Origin: Bacteroidetes bacterium HGW-Bacteroidetes-3 | Lineage (GTDB): Bacteria; Bacteroidota; Bacteroidia; Flavobacteriales; Flavobacteriaceae | Length of the DNA: 64,000 bases | Direction: 5' to 3' | Assembly (NCBI GenBank): GCA_002842505.1 | Contig: PHDE01000001.1 | Location: 3,683-67,682 of the forward strand | Part shown: one piece after another, positions 11,849 through 22,820 of the stretch | Layout of the letters: every line of letters starts with the position of its first letter | Numbering within the stretch: the first letter of the stretch is position 1 | Program-made: the position numbers and the translations under genes | The notes under the pieces: generated by a model | Seen by the model: the letters and a program-made list of their open reading frames with translations, nothing else | Database searches by the model: none | What the model was told of the DNA's origin: nothing

Positions 11849-14074
11849 TTAATCTCTTCTTTCTCTAGGTTTTCTGTCTCTGTCGCCACCGCGATTGTCT
11901 CTGTCTCCACCTCTACTGTCTCTGCTACTGTCGCGTGGAGGTCTTTCCACAAATCCCTCTGGTTTCGGCAAAAGCGCTTTTCTGGATACTTTGTCTTTAC
12001 GCGTTTTTGGGTCTTTTCCAAAATATTTCACATCAAAAACATCGCCCATGTTTACAACATCAGTCACATTGTCCGTACGTTGCCAAGCCAATTCAGAAAT
12101 GTGCAATAACACTTCATTTCCGGGAGCGTCAAGATATTCCACAACGGCACCAAAATCGAGCATTTTAATTACTTTTACGGAGTAAACACCACCAACTTGT
12201 GGTTTAAACATTAAAGAGTCAATTTTAGCTAAAACAGCTTCAATTCCTTCTGGTTTTGTGCCTAAAATTTCAACAATGCCTTCTCCTGTTAAAGGATCTT
12301 CATTAATAACAATGGTACAACCTGTTGCTTTTTGCAATTCTTGAATTACTTTTCCTCCAGGTCCAATTAAAGCACCAATAAAATCGTTAGGGATTCTTCT
12401 GCTAATCATTTTTGGCGCATAAGGTTTCACCTCTGGTTTAGGAGCAGCAATTGCTTCTTTAAGAATTCCTAAAATATGCAAACGCCCCTCACGAGCTTGT
12501 TTTAAAGCTTTTACCAAAATTTCATAAGGAAGTCCTTTTACCTTGATGTCCATTTGACAAGCGGTAATACCATCAGCAGTTCCTGTAACTTTAAAGTCCA
12601 TATCCCCTAAGTGGTCTTCATCACCCAAGATATCAGAAAGTACAGCGAAACGATCTCCTTCAGAAATCAATCCCATTGCAATACCTGAAACTGGTTTTTT
12701 CATTTGAATACCTGCATCCATCAAAGCCATTGTACCGGCACAAACGGTTGCCATAGAAGAGGAACCGTTAGATTCCAATACTTCAGAAACAATTCTTATG
12801 GTATAAGGACATTCATCAGGAATCATTCCTTTTAAAGCGCGTTGTGCCAAGTTTCCGTGACCAATTTCTCTACGTGAAGTTCCTCTTAAAGGATAAGCAT
12901 CACCTGTACAAAATGGAGGGAAGTTATAATGTAAATAGAATTTTTCCTCACCTTGATGGGTTGGCATGTCTATCATATTTGACTCTCTTGAAGTTCCCAA
13001 AGTCACTGTTGCAAGCGCTTGAGTTTCTCCACGAGTGAAAATTGCCGAACCGTGAACAGATGGTAAATAGTCAATTTCGCACCAAATAGGGCGTATATCA
13101 GTTGTTTTTCTTCCGTCTAAACGAAGACCTTCCGTAAGTGTTAACTCTCTAACCGCTTCTTTTTCAATTTTAGAATAATAGGTTTTGATCAACGTTGAAT
13201 TTTCAGCCAATTCTTCTTCAGTAAATGAAGCCAAAACTTCATCTCTTACTGCTGAAAAAGCTTCTTCACGTTCTCTTTTTCCACTTCCAGCTTTTGCAAT
13301 GGCATAAACTTTATCATAAGCGGCTTCGCGCACTTTTAAAGCAATAGTTTCATCACTTTTTGCAGCTGGATATTCCCTTACAGCTTTTTTTCCAAAAGCC
13401 TCAGCCAAACTAATTTGTGCAGCGCACTGAATTTTAATGGCATCGTGGGCAAATTTTATGGCATCAGCCATTTCTTCTTCGGAAATTTCTTTCATTTCCC
13501 CTTCAACCATCATTACAGAATCAGCAGAAGCCCCAATAACCATATCTATATCGGATTCTAACAATTGTGCTCTACTTGGGTTTAAGATAAACTTTCCGTT
13601 TATTCTTCCAACACGTGCTTCTGAAATAGGGCATTCAAAAGGTACATCAGACAATTGGATTGCGCAAGATGCTGCCAAACCGGCCAACGCATCAGGCATT
13701 ACATCCTCATCATGAGACATCAACTGAATCATTACCTGAGTTTCAGTTTTATAATCTGATGGGAATAACGGACGTAAAACACGGTCCACAATACGCATTG
13801 TTAAAACTTCACCATCGCTTGGCCTTGCTTCTCTTTTGAAAAATCCACCAGGATAACGACCTGCAGCAGCAAATTTTTCTCTGTAATCCACTGTCAATGG
13901 AAAGAAATCCATTGTACTTTCTTTGTAAGAGGAAACCACCGTGCAAAGTAACATGGCATTTCCCATTTGAACAACAACAGACCCGTGAGCTTGTTTTGCT
14001 AATTTTCCGGTTTCAAGAGAGATGGTTCTTCCATCCCCTAAATCAATAACTTGTCTAAATACCTTAGGTACCAT
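11849..14074 (-). CDS. pnp: Polyribonucleotide nucleotidyltransferase
   Basis: [19 protein letters not shown] ([10 protein letters not shown]), [12 protein letters not shown] and S1 domains. Confidence 0.99.
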   Translation of the reverse strand: MVPKVFRQVIDLGDGRTISLETGKLAKQAHGSVVVQMGNAMLLCTVVSSYKESTMDFFPLTVDYREKFAAAGRYPGGFFKREARPSDGEVLTMRIVDRVLRPLFPSDYKTETQVMIQLMSHDEDVMPDALAGLAASCAIQLSDVPFECPISEARVGRINGKFILNPSRAQLLESDIDMVIGASADSVMMVEGEMKEISEEEMADAIKFAHDAIKIQCAAQISLAEAFGKKAVREYPAAKSDETIALKVREAAYDKVYAIAKAGSGKREREEAFSAVRDEVLASFTEEELAENSTLIKTYYSKIEKEAVRELTLTEGLRLDGRKTTDIRPIWCEIDYLPSVHGSAIFTRGETQALATVTLGTSRESNMIDMPTHQGEEKFYLHYNFPPFCTGDAYPLRGTSRREIGHGNLAQRALKGMIPDECPYTIRIVSEVLESNGSSSMATVCAGTMALMDAGIQMKKPVSGIAMGLISEGDRFAVLSDILGDEDHLGDMDFKVTGTADGITACQMDIKVKGLPYEILVKALKQAREGRLHILGILKEAIAAPKPEVKPYAPKMISRRIPNDFIGALIGPGGKVIQELQKATGCTIVINEDPLTGEGIVEILGTKPEGIEAVLAKIDSLMFKPQVGGVYSVKVIKMLDFGAVVEYLDAPGNEVLLHISELAWQRTDNVTDVVNMGDVFDVKYFGKDPKTRKDKVSRKALLPKPEGFVERPPRDSSRDSRGGDRDNRGGDRDRKPRERRD

Positions 14075-14175
14075 AAATAATTTTTAAATTTAATTAAACA
14101 ATTGGTTTGTGTTGTTGTGTTGTGTGTTGCCCAATGAAAAGTTTAATTGTTGCTTTTTTATTTTCAAATAAGTTT

Positions 14176-14207
14176 AAAAAAAAAGAGGCAAAATCAGCCT
14201 CTTTTTT
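14176..14207 (-). terminator. Terminator-like hairpin downstream of rpsO
   Basis: AAAAAAGAGGC / GCCTCTTTTTT arms with A and T tracts on both sides. Confidence 0.75.
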
Positions 14208-14214
14208 CGTGAAA

Positions 14215-14484
14215 TTATTTTCTTATGCCTAATTCTTTAATTACTTCACGATATCTTACAATATCTGTTTTAATTAAATAATCAAGTAAATTTCTTCTTT
14301 TACCTACCAATCTTACCAATGAACGCTCTGTGTTAAAATCTTTGCGATTTCTTTTTAAGTGTTCAGTTAAGTGATTAATTCTAAAAGTAAATAAGGCGAT
14401 TTGCCCTTCTGATGAGCCAGTGTTAGTGGCTGATTCACCATGTTTTGCGAAAATTTCTTCTTTTTTCTCTCTTGTTAAGTACAT
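14215..14484 (-). CDS. rpsO: 30S ribosomal protein S15
   Basis: MYLTREKKEEIFAKHG...TGSSEGQIALFT...LGIRK, 89 aa; start reset to ATG at 14484. Confidence 0.97.
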   Translation of the reverse strand: MYLTREKKEEIFAKHGESATNTGSSEGQIALFTFRINHLTEHLKRNRKDFNTERSLVRLVGKRRNLLDYLIKTDIVRYREVIKELGIRK

Positions 14485-14544
14485 GCTAACATTAATTTTA
14501 TTAATAATTTTTATGTATTGCTGAACGCTTTGTTCAACAGTCGG

Positions 14545-14552
14545 CAAATATA
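14545..14552 (-). promoter_or_regulatory. -7 promoter box upstream of rpsO
   Basis: TATATTTG on the minus strand (TAnnTTTG). Confidence 0.65.
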
Positions 14553-14756
14553 CTACTATTATTATTGATTTACAATTAATTACGCAGCGATATTTTATAT
14601 TTTTCACCTCACATTAAAACGCTGTCGATCAACATGGTGTCAATACAAAAAAATAATATAGTTTGAAGTAATTTTTTTGAAATATAAAATCTCCATCTAT
14701 TTTATTGAAGTAAAATCAGAAGAACAAAAAAGCGAGCCTTTAAAACTCTCTTCTGT

Positions 14757-15617
14757 TTAACTTCTTACCGGTAAGTTTTGAATTAAATCTATATATAGAT
14801 TGATTTGCTTTTTAAGGTGTTTTCGTTCAATTATTTTATCTAAAAACCCATGTTCCAACACAAATTCTGAACGTTGAAATCCTTCCGGCAAATCCTTTCC
14901 TGTAGTATCTTTCACAACTCTAGGACCGGCAAAAGCGATTAACGCATTTGGTTCAGCAATATTTACGTCGCCAAGCATTGCATAAGATGCCGTTGTGCCT
15001 CCTGTGGTTGGATCAGTGCATAAAGAAATATAGGGAATATTAACTTCTGCAAGCTGCGCTAATTTTGCCGATGTTTTTACCAGTTGCATTAACGAAAGTG
15101 ACGCTTCCTGCATTCTGGCGCCACCAGATTTTGAGATCATTAAAAAAGGAACTTTGTTTTCTATAGAATAATCAATGGCTCTCGAAATTTTTTCGCCTAC
15201 CACACTTCCCATAGAACCGCCAATAAAAGCAAAATCCATGGCGGCAATAACCAAATCTTTGCCATAAGATTTTCCAACAGCTGTTCTTACCGCATCTTTA
15301 AGCTTTGTTTTTTCATAAGCTTCTTCCAGCCTATCAACATATTTTTTGCTGTCGGTAAATTTTAAAGGATCTTTGGAAACCATATCTTTATCAAATTCCT
15401 TAAAGCTATTATTATCGAAAAGAATTTCAAAATATTCGGCACTTCCTATTCTAACATGGTAGCCGTCTTCCGGACTCACATAGTAATTTTGTTTCAATTC
15501 AGCGGCATCAACAATTTTACCGCTTGGTGTTTTATACCACAAACCTTTCGGCACGTCTTTTTTATCTTCTGTTGGGGTTTGGATTCCTTTATCTTTTCTT
15601 TTAAACCAAGATGACAT
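14757..15617 (-). CDS. accD: Acetyl-CoA carboxylase carboxyltransferase beta subunit
   Basis: [39 protein letters not shown]. Confidence 0.97.
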   Translation of the reverse strand: MSSWFKRKDKGIQTPTEDKKDVPKGLWYKTPSGKIVDAAELKQNYYVSPEDGYHVRIGSAEYFEILFDNNSFKEFDKDMVSKDPLKFTDSKKYVDRLEEAYEKTKLKDAVRTAVGKSYGKDLVIAAMDFAFIGGSMGSVVGEKISRAIDYSIENKVPFLMISKSGGARMQEASLSLMQLVKTSAKLAQLAEVNIPYISLCTDPTTGGTTASYAMLGDVNIAEPNALIAFAGPRVVKDTTGKDLPEGFQRSEFVLEHGFLDKIIERKHLKKQINLYIDLIQNLPVRS

Positions 15618-15723
15618 AACTATGTTGTTTTAGTGAAAATAAGTGGTGCAAATTACTAAAAAAAATAAAGAGAACATATAAAAATATGCTCTCTTTATGA
15701 AATTTTAGCCTTAAAACAAAGGT

Positions 15724-16791
15724 TTATAACGTATTAACGTTGTTTAAATCTTTAAAAGCCTGTATTAAGCGCGTTTTAAAAGTGACTTCACCTTCGCGTA
15801 ACCATTTTCTTGGATCATAATGTTTTTTATTTGGCTGGTCAGCACCATCAGGATTTCCAATTTGGGTTCTTAAATAATCTATGTTGTTCACCATATAATC
15901 TCTAATTCCTTCTGTAAAAGCAAATTGAAGATCGGTATCAATATTCATTTTTATAACACCATAACCAATAGCTTCCCTAATTTCTTCCAAAGTAGAGCCC
16001 GAACCGCCGTGAAATACAAAATCAACCGGATTTATGCCTGTGTTGTATTTATTTTGAATATATTTTTGGGAATTGTCCAAAATCTTAGGTGTTAACTTAA
16101 CATTTCCCGGTTTGTAAACGCCATGAACGTTTCCAAATGATGCCGCAATGGTAAAACAATCGCTCACTTTTTTAAGTTCCTCAAAAGCATAGGCAACTTC
16201 TTCAGGTTGTGTATATAATTTTGAAGAATCAACATCAGAATTGTCAACGCCGTCTTCTTCTCCGCCAGTAATTCCTAACTCAATTTCTAAAGTCATTCCC
16301 AATTTACTCATGCGTTGAAGGTATTTTTTACAAATTTCAATATTTTCCTCAATCGGTTCTTCAGATAAATCTAGCATATGCGAGCTGAAAAGAGGCACGC
16401 CATTTTCTTTATAAAATTGTTCGCCTGCATCCAATAAACCATCAATCCAAGGCAATAATGATTTTGCGCAATGATCTGTGTGCAAAATAACTGGAATTTC
16501 GTAGGCAGCAGCCAATAAATGTATGTGCTTTGCGCCTGCAATAGCACCAGCAATAGCAGCTTTTTGATTTTGATTGGACAATCCTTTTCCTGCATTAAAT
16601 TGCGCTCCTCCGTTCGAAAATTGAATAATTACAGGTGCATTTAACTCCTTCGCAGTTTCTAAAACAGCATTGATGGTGTTCGATCCTATAACATTAACTG
16701 CAGGTATTGCAAAATTTTTGGCCTTGGCCAATTTAAAAATTTCCTGTACCGTTTTTCCTGTTGCGACTCCTGGTTTAATTGTATGACCCAT
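15724..16791 (-). CDS. fbaA: Class II fructose-bisphosphate aldolase
   Basis: HTDHC, SSHMLDLS, GNVHGVY, VFHGGSG, KMNIDTD. Confidence 0.97.
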   Translation of the reverse strand: MGHTIKPGVATGKTVQEIFKLAKAKNFAIPAVNVIGSNTINAVLETAKELNAPVIIQFSNGGAQFNAGKGLSNQNQKAAIAGAIAGAKHIHLLAAAYEIPVILHTDHCAKSLLPWIDGLLDAGEQFYKENGVPLFSSHMLDLSEEPIEENIEICKKYLQRMSKLGMTLEIELGITGGEEDGVDNSDVDSSKLYTQPEEVAYAFEELKKVSDCFTIAASFGNVHGVYKPGNVKLTPKILDNSQKYIQNKYNTGINPVDFVFHGGSGSTLEEIREAIGYGVIKMNIDTDLQFAFTEGIRDYMVNNIDYLRTQIGNPDGADQPNKKHYDPRKWLREGEVTFKTRLIQAFKDLNNVNTL

Positions 16792-16905
16792 AATATTTTA
16801 TCTATAGTTATTGTGAATTATTCTAGCAAAATTAATCAATTATCCCTTTTAAATAAACTTATGAACCGAAAAAAAACGAAATCGAAATAGTAATAATTTT
16901 GAATT

Positions 16906-19434
16906 TTAAAAAGGGTAACTGATTCCAAAGTTATAAACGGTATTCGCTAAATTATAATTTTGAAACCATTTATTTCCTCCAGAAAGATAAGGTTCATACG
17001 TTTTAAATCCTAAATCCAATCGCAATAAAATAAAACTTAAGTCGTAACGAATCCCAAAACCCGAACCTATTGCAATGTCTTTTATGGCATTAAAGCCTTT
17101 AAATTTTGCTTCCGACGCTGTTACTGAAGCATTTGAAATGTCCCAAATATTGCCTGCATCAACAAAAAAAGCGCCATTTATACTGTTAATTACATTAAAC
17201 CTATATTCTAAACTATTGATAAATTTAAGATTTCCCACATTAAATTCCAAGCCGCTTTTTGTTGATCCTGGCCCTAAATCATAAATTTTCCAGGCCCTTA
17301 AATCATTGGGGCCACCAATAAAATAGCTTCGGCTGAACGGTATTGCACTTGAATTTCCGTAAGGCACTGCCACGCCCAAAAATGTTCTGAAAACCAGCAC
17401 ATTTTCACCCAATAAATCCCAGAATTTTTTGTATTCTAAATCCACCCTAACATATTGGGCAATTGGAATATTAAGGAGTGTTTTTACATTATTGGCATCT
17501 TTGCTTTGTGCCAACAAAGTGGTTAAATTACCTGATGAAGCCAAACGACCCCTAAAAAATGAAAAATCGGTATCTTTATAATTTACGCTGTTATTATAGG
17601 TAAATGTATAAGCCATTAAAGGTACCAAAACATCTTCAGTAATTATATTGTATCGATTTCTGATGTTTCTGACAATTTTAAATTCTGTCGGATTGCTTGT
17701 TTCAAAATTCGCATCAATATTTGTGTCTATAAAATCAATCGCATTATCGGGTGTTACCGTTTCATTGAAATAAGTGGTTGCAATATTTTGAATTTCTTTG
17801 AATTCAGATTTATAAATATTAAAGTAAGAATCAATATTTAAATTTTTTATAAACTGGGCGTTTAAAAGTTGAAAACTGTGGTTTTTTGTTTTTGACGATT
17901 CCCAGGTATAATCAATAATTCCGGTAAATTTTTGTTTATCAAGCCCAATATTTTTTTGAAGGCTTGTACCCAAAGTGAAAATTGTTTTTGGAGCCATGCT
18001 TTTTGGGATTAATTTTTCAAATTTAATTGGAAATATAAATCTTGGAAGTTCTAATGAAATATCCCCTCCAATTTCCCATGCATTCAATAATTTGCTGCTA
18101 TTGTCTGCCGCGTCTTTAGAATCTAAAAATGAGCCCTGTATTGAAAATTTCAATAATTCCGCCCCCCTAAAAATATTCCTGTCCAACAACGAAAGTTTTC
18201 CAGAAACGCCTAATTGCCTAATATTTGAATGGGTTAATTCGGTATTAATCCCTATGGAATACTTTTTTAGGGGCGATAAATAGATGGAAGCTTCCAACAT
18301 ATCATTTTCTAACTCCTCATACTTTATGTCAACCGTCTTAAAATTTTGAAGACCCCTAATATTTTTACGGGTCAATTCTCGAGTTTCATCTTTATAAATA
18401 TCATTGGGTTCAATAAAAATTGAATTCAGCAAATACTTCGGATTGTATTTTAACCTATCTTGGGCGTAAAATGAAAATCCGTTATAATTTATGCTGTCTT
18501 TGATAGTATTATCGCCAACACTGGAAAAAGAATAATCGGTGTAAATATTAACTTTTTGAATTTTCTGCACTTTAAACGGAACTGACCCTGTATTGCCGTC
18601 AATAAGAAGCACGACATCCGATTTATAATTGGTGGTTGACGTATCAACTTCAAAAGTGATGGCATTTTTATAAAACCTGTAAACTCCGGAATTTCTAAAC
18701 AAATTGGTCAACCTATTTTGCTCTTTAACAAAAGACGAAAGCCTAAATTGGTTTCCCTCTTTAATATAGGAGTTGCTTTTATGAATTTCATAAATAGAAT
18801 CCAAAACAGCCGATTGTATGTTGGTGGTAATACTGTCTAATTGATTAGGCTTGTCTGTATTTACGATATAATCAACGGAAGCTTTTTTATTTCTTAAATG
18901 ATGCTCCTCAAAATCGACCTTCACATTAAAATAACCTTCATTGTAATAATGTTGCGTTAAGTTTTTTACTGTTTCAGAAGCTTTTTTTGTGTCTAAAATT
19001 ACCGGAGCCTCACCGTTTTTAAGAATCCATTGATGCATTTTATATTTAAAATCCCTAACTCCGCGGGTTTGTTTTTCGGAAAAAACGCCCGTTGTGAAAT
19101 TATACCATCCCGGACTGTCCAATTTCCATTTATCAAAATCGGCTTCAAAATTTTTGTTCCCTAAATTATAAAAATGAAGCGGAAATGCCACCCCAAGCAC
19201 CAATTGATTGGGGCGCTGAACAATATAATCGTTTATTTCATTGCTGACATTTTTTTTGTCGTTAACAACAACCTTGTTTTTTACCAGTAAAAATTCATTT
19301 TCAGAAACGTATTTTACTGAATTACAAGATGAAAAACCAAAAATTATACTTGCGAGAATTAATAATATTATAAAATTGTTTTTCAATAAATAAGCGTTTA
19401 AATTTGTTTCAAAAGTATAACTTTTCAATGGCAT
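16906..19434 (-). CDS. Lipidated Omp85-family protein (TamL-like); true start may be TTG at 19386
   Basis: Lipobox FSSC, POTRA-like region, C-terminal barrel with LRAW loop motif (GGPNDLRAW) and terminal ISYPF. Confidence 0.85.
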   Translation of the reverse strand: MPLKSYTFETNLNAYLLKNNFIILLILASIIFGFSSCNSVKYVSENEFLLVKNKVVVNDKKNVSNEINDYIVQRPNQLVLGVAFPLHFYNLGNKNFEADFDKWKLDSPGWYNFTTGVFSEKQTRGVRDFKYKMHQWILKNGEAPVILDTKKASETVKNLTQHYYNEGYFNVKVDFEEHHLRNKKASVDYIVNTDKPNQLDSITTNIQSAVLDSIYEIHKSNSYIKEGNQFRLSSFVKEQNRLTNLFRNSGVYRFYKNAITFEVDTSTTNYKSDVVLLIDGNTGSVPFKVQKIQKVNIYTDYSFSSVGDNTIKDSINYNGFSFYAQDRLKYNPKYLLNSIFIEPNDIYKDETRELTRKNIRGLQNFKTVDIKYEELENDMLEASIYLSPLKKYSIGINTELTHSNIRQLGVSGKLSLLDRNIFRGAELLKFSIQGSFLDSKDAADNSSKLLNAWEIGGDISLELPRFIFPIKFEKLIPKSMAPKTIFTLGTSLQKNIGLDKQKFTGIIDYTWESSKTKNHSFQLLNAQFIKNLNIDSYFNIYKSEFKEIQNIATTYFNETVTPDNAIDFIDTNIDANFETSNPTEFKIVRNIRNRYNIITEDVLVPLMAYTFTYNNSVNYKDTDFSFFRGRLASSGNLTTLLAQSKDANNVKTLLNIPIAQYVRVDLEYKKFWDLLGENVLVFRTFLGVAVPYGNSSAIPFSRSYFIGGPNDLRAWKIYDLGPGSTKSGLEFNVGNLKFINSLEYRFNVINSINGAFFVDAGNIWDISNASVTASEAKFKGFNAIKDIAIGSGFGIRYDLSFILLRLDLGFKTYEPYLSGGNKWFQNYNLANTVYNFGISYPF

Positions 19435-19464
19435 AACAAATTACTATTTTTTATAAACAAAACA

Positions 19465-20193
19465 ATGAGTTTAAGTAAAAATCAATTAAAAACAATAACG
19501 AGCCTAAATCAGAAAAAGTACCGAACGGCGCATCATTTATTTGTTGCTGAAGGCACTAAAATTGTGGCTGAATTTTTAAACTCAAATTTCGAATTGGAAC
19601 AACTATTTTGTGTTGACAATTCCATCTATAAAAATTTAGGGGAAATTACGGATATTTCTGAAGCAGAATTAAAAAAAATAAGTGCGCTTGTTACTCCCAA
19701 TAACGTTTTGGCACTTTTTAAAATTCCAGCAACAACACTTTCCGAAAAAACGGGTTTGATTGTTGCTTTGGATGAAATTAACGATCCGGGAAATTTAGGG
19801 GCAATTATTAGATTGTGCGACTGGTTTGGCGTTGACCAATTGGTTTGTTCCACCAACACTGTAGATTGCTATAACCAAAAAGTGGTGCAGTCTTCTATGG
19901 GTTCACTTGCCCGGGTTTCCATAATTTATACGGATTTGGCTGCATATTTACAAAATTCCAATTTGCCAAAATTTGCCGCGGTTATGGATGGCGAAAATGT
20001 ATATAAAAGCAAATTGCCGGAAAATGCGGTTTTGGTGATGGGAAATGAGGCAAACGGAATTAGTGACTCCATTTTAAAATTAATAACCAATACCATTTCA
20101 ATACCGAGATTTGGCGCATTAAAACAAACGGAAAGTTTAAATGTAGCAACGGCTACCGCAATTTTATTGAGTGAGTTTAAACGATTGACCTAA
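19465..20193 (+). CDS. TrmH/SpoU-family RNA methyltransferase
   Basis: DPGNLGAIIRLCDWFG, VMGNEANGIS, ESLNVATA. Confidence 0.92.
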   Translation: MSLSKNQLKTITSLNQKKYRTAHHLFVAEGTKIVAEFLNSNFELEQLFCVDNSIYKNLGEITDISEAELKKISALVTPNNVLALFKIPATTLSEKTGLIVALDEINDPGNLGAIIRLCDWFGVDQLVCSTNTVDCYNQKVVQSSMGSLARVSIIYTDLAAYLQNSNLPKFAAVMDGENVYKSKLPENAVLVMGNEANGISDSILKLITNTISIPRFGALKQTESLNVATATAILLSEFKRLT

Positions 20194-20197
20194 ATGT

Positions 20198-20890
20198 TTA
20201 ATGAAAAGCAAATTTAATAAAAACGCCTCTTGTGCCAAAATAATCGACTTGTCCCGTCCATTGACTATTAGGGTCTTTGTCCCTCACCAATTCATCATTA
20301 ATGGCAAAAACACCTCTTATTGAAGGGGAAAAAATGAAGTACGGCAGGTATAAATCTACGCCAATACCCAATTCATAAGAAAAATTATTCTTTTTGGTCC
20401 TGAATTCACCATCGGAATTATCGTCGGGATTGTCCTGATTGCTGGAAAAATTATAATCATAAGAAACGCCGGCAATCACGTAAGGCCTCATATTGTCTAA
20501 CCTGTTTGCGTTAAATTTCAGCAATAAAGGAATTCTGAAATAAGTGGAATTCACTTGTCTGATACTGTCTTGGGCACCAAAAAGATTGGTAAAAGCCAAT
20601 TCCTTTGTGTTGCTGGAAAGCCCGGGCTCCAAACGCAAACTAAGATTGTTATGCAACCGCAAATCACCAATAAGCCCAACCTCAAAGCCAATACTTGGCG
20701 TGGAAACAATAAAAGTATTGTTTGATTTATAAGATATTTTATAATCCTTTTTGTTCAATCCTAAAAAATAACCCCAAAAAACCTGCTGTTTGTCCCAATT
20801 TTGCTTGTATTGGACAATATCCCTTTTTTGGGCTTTTAAATTGCTTATTGAAAAGATTATTAAAAAAATTACAACAAATACTTTTCCCAT
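20198..20890 (-). CDS. porT: T9SS outer-membrane beta-barrel PorT/SprT
   Basis: Signal peptide, WGYFLGLN, GFEVGLIGDL, LRLEPG, small barrel with terminal aromatic; located next to ubiE as in other Flavobacteria. Confidence 0.8.
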   Translation of the reverse strand: MGKVFVVIFLIIFSISNLKAQKRDIVQYKQNWDKQQVFWGYFLGLNKKDYKISYKSNNTFIVSTPSIGFEVGLIGDLRLHNNLSLRLEPGLSSNTKELAFTNLFGAQDSIRQVNSTYFRIPLLLKFNANRLDNMRPYVIAGVSYDYNFSSNQDNPDDNSDGEFRTKKNNFSYELGIGVDLYLPYFIFSPSIRGVFAINDELVRDKDPNSQWTGQVDYFGTRGVFIKFAFH

Positions 20891-20893
20891 ATA

Positions 20894-21622
20894 TTATTTT
20901 TTTGCAATATAAATTGAAGCAACACCAAATGTTTGCGGTTTATTTTCAATAGCTATAAACCCAATTTTATGCAAAATATTGTTGAAAGCTTCTCCGTAAG
21001 GAAATGAAGCAGCGGAATCTGATAAATATTTATAGGCAACTTTGTCTTTTGAAAACACTTTTCCAATGAAAGGCAGAATAAATTTGGCATAAAACTGATA
21101 CCCTTGTTTAAAAGGCGTTTTGGTTGGAATGGATGTTTCCAATACCACAAAAATTCCGCCAACCTTTAAAACTCTGTAAATTTCGGCCAAACCTTTCTCC
21201 AAATCTTCAAAATTACGAACGCCAAAAGCAACGGTAATGGCATCAAAAGAATTGTCTTCAAAAGGCATGTTTTCCGAATCAGCAAGTACCATTTCGATGG
21301 TGTTGTTTAACTGAAGTTTTTCAATTTTTTTTCGGCCAACATCTAACATTCCTTCAGAAATATCTAAACCAACTATTTTTGAAGCATTTGTTCTGGCTAA
21401 ATTAATAGCCAAATCGCCCGTTCCTGTGGCAATGTCCAAAATTGAATCCGGATTTGTTTTTCCGACGATTTCAACCACTTTATTACGCCATTTCACGTCA
21501 ATTCCAAAAGAAATAACCCGATTTAAACCGTCGTATTCCTTAGAAATGGCATCAAACATATTAGTGACTTGTTCCTTTTTGCTAAGATTTGAATCTTTGT
21601 ACGGTGTTACTTTTTCTGCCAT
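20894..21622 (-). CDS. ubiE: Demethylmenaquinone methyltransferase UbiE/MenG
   Basis: [28 protein letters not shown]; start reset to ATG at 21622. Confidence 0.95.
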   Translation of the reverse strand: MAEKVTPYKDSNLSKKEQVTNMFDAISKEYDGLNRVISFGIDVKWRNKVVEIVGKTNPDSILDIATGTGDLAINLARTNASKIVGLDISEGMLDVGRKKIEKLQLNNTIEMVLADSENMPFEDNSFDAITVAFGVRNFEDLEKGLAEIYRVLKVGGIFVVLETSIPTKTPFKQGYQFYAKFILPFIGKVFSKDKVAYKYLSDSAASFPYGEAFNNILHKIGFIAIENKPQTFGVASIYIAKK

Positions 21623-21629
21623 AACCAAT

Positions 21630-22520
21630 TTAGTAATTAACCGCCACAACTTCGTTAATTTTTCCGGGAATAAGTTGTTTCAACATATTTTCAATCCCGT
21701 TTTTTAGCGTTATTGTTGATGAAGGACAACCGCTGCAAGCGCCTTGCAATATAACATTCACAGTTTTTGAAGATTTTTCATAGGACTGAAACAAAATATT
21801 TCCGCCATCTGCGGCAACTGCAGGTTTAATATATTCCTCTAAAATATCAATAATTTGTTTGGAAACATCGTCAAGTTCAATATCAGGCATATAAACTTCT
21901 GAAACTTTTTGATGTATGGCAGTTTCCAAAGCGATTGTTTTTCCATCAGCAATATATTGTTTGATAAAACTTCTTATTTCAATAGTGATTTCATTCCATT
22001 CAACAGTGTCATTTTTAGTGACTGAAACATAATTTTCTGAAATAAATACTTCTTTCGCATAAGGAAAATTAAACAATTCAATAGCTAAAGGCGCATTTTC
22101 AGCTTCTTCCCTATTTTTGAATTCCAAATCATTTTCCACCAATTTAATGTTGGCGACAAACTTTAAAACGGATGGATTTGGCGTTGACTCCGCATACACT
22201 TCAACCGGAATTTTTTTCGGGGCAATTTCTTCTGAAATCAAAACGCCGCCGTTGTTAAGGTAGTTTTCTATTTGTTCTTTAACTTCTTCTTGTACATCGC
22301 TCCATTCCACAATAGAAAATCGCTCAAGCGCAATAAAATTTGCAGAAATATATACTCGTTTTACAAATGGCAAATAAAATAATTGCTGTGCCAAAGGGGA
22401 GTTTTTAGCTTCATCAATATTATTATATTGGTGACTTCCGCTTGTTAAAATATCGTTTGAAGTAAACTTAAGTATCGTTGGTATATTTGTTTTTTCTATG
22501 TTAAGCGTTCTGTTTTTCAT
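21630..22520 (-). CDS. NfuA/NifU-family Fe-S carrier with two N-terminal scaffold domains
   Basis: Two T-PN/T-NP-x-x-L-KF scaffold repeats, [19 protein letters not shown]. Confidence 0.9.
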   Translation of the reverse strand: MKNRTLNIEKTNIPTILKFTSNDILTSGSHQYNNIDEAKNSPLAQQLFYLPFVKRVYISANFIALERFSIVEWSDVQEEVKEQIENYLNNGGVLISEEIAPKKIPVEVYAESTPNPSVLKFVANIKLVENDLEFKNREEAENAPLAIELFNFPYAKEVFISENYVSVTKNDTVEWNEITIEIRSFIKQYIADGKTIALETAIHQKVSEVYMPDIELDDVSKQIIDILEEYIKPAVAADGGNILFQSYEKSSKTVNVILQGACSGCPSSTITLKNGIENMLKQLIPGKINEVVAVNY

Positions 22521-22714
22521 CTGTTTAAATTTTATTTTTTATTGGTACAGCTGCTGCCTGCCTTCCGGCAGATAAATTCGCCATTAATCATTCCTTCCTG
22601 TATCAAAATTTGTTATGCTCGTTTCATCTGTTTAAATTTTATTTTTTATTGGTACAGCTGCAGTTCGCCATTAATCATTCCTTCCTGTATCAAAATTTGT
22701 TATGCTCGTTTCAT
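22515..22714 (-). repeat. Two tandem copies (107 and 87 bp) of a start-codon-embedded element
   Basis: TTTCAT at 22515, 22622 and 22709 delimits the units; 45 nt are identical to the copy at 41596-41689. Confidence 0.9.
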
Positions 22715-22769
22715 TTTTTTAGTTTGTGCAAAAATACATAAAACATCCTTTATGTACTTGTTTAAAAAT

Positions 22770-22799
22770 AAAAAAACGCCTCAAAGCCTGAGACGTTTA
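22770..22799 (-). terminator. Probable terminator of the FadL-like gene
   Basis: AAACGCCTCA / TGAGACGTTT arms with one mismatch, preceded by an A-run on the + strand. Confidence 0.55.
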
Positions 22800-22820
22800 A
22801 TTTATGCTTTTTATTGTTAT

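Noticed and set aside
11764-12185. Short ORFs overlapping the pnp 3' end
   Set aside because: Alternative frames of the low-complexity RDG tail and terminators.
14485-14607. 41-aa N-terminal extension of S15 in the ORF track
   Set aside because: S15 starts at MYLT (14484); the extension overlaps a -7 promoter box at 14545-14552.
22515-22714. Possible CRISPR array
   Set aside because: The units are 87-107 bp with no unique spacers, there are only two copies, and no cas genes are nearby.
22640-22714. SRP RNA or riboswitch identity for the start-codon element (CAGGAAGGAA resembles SRP helix 8)
   Set aside because: It lacks the flanking stems and the AGCAG pairing partner, and it does not match TPP, SAM-II or cobalamin consensus by eye.
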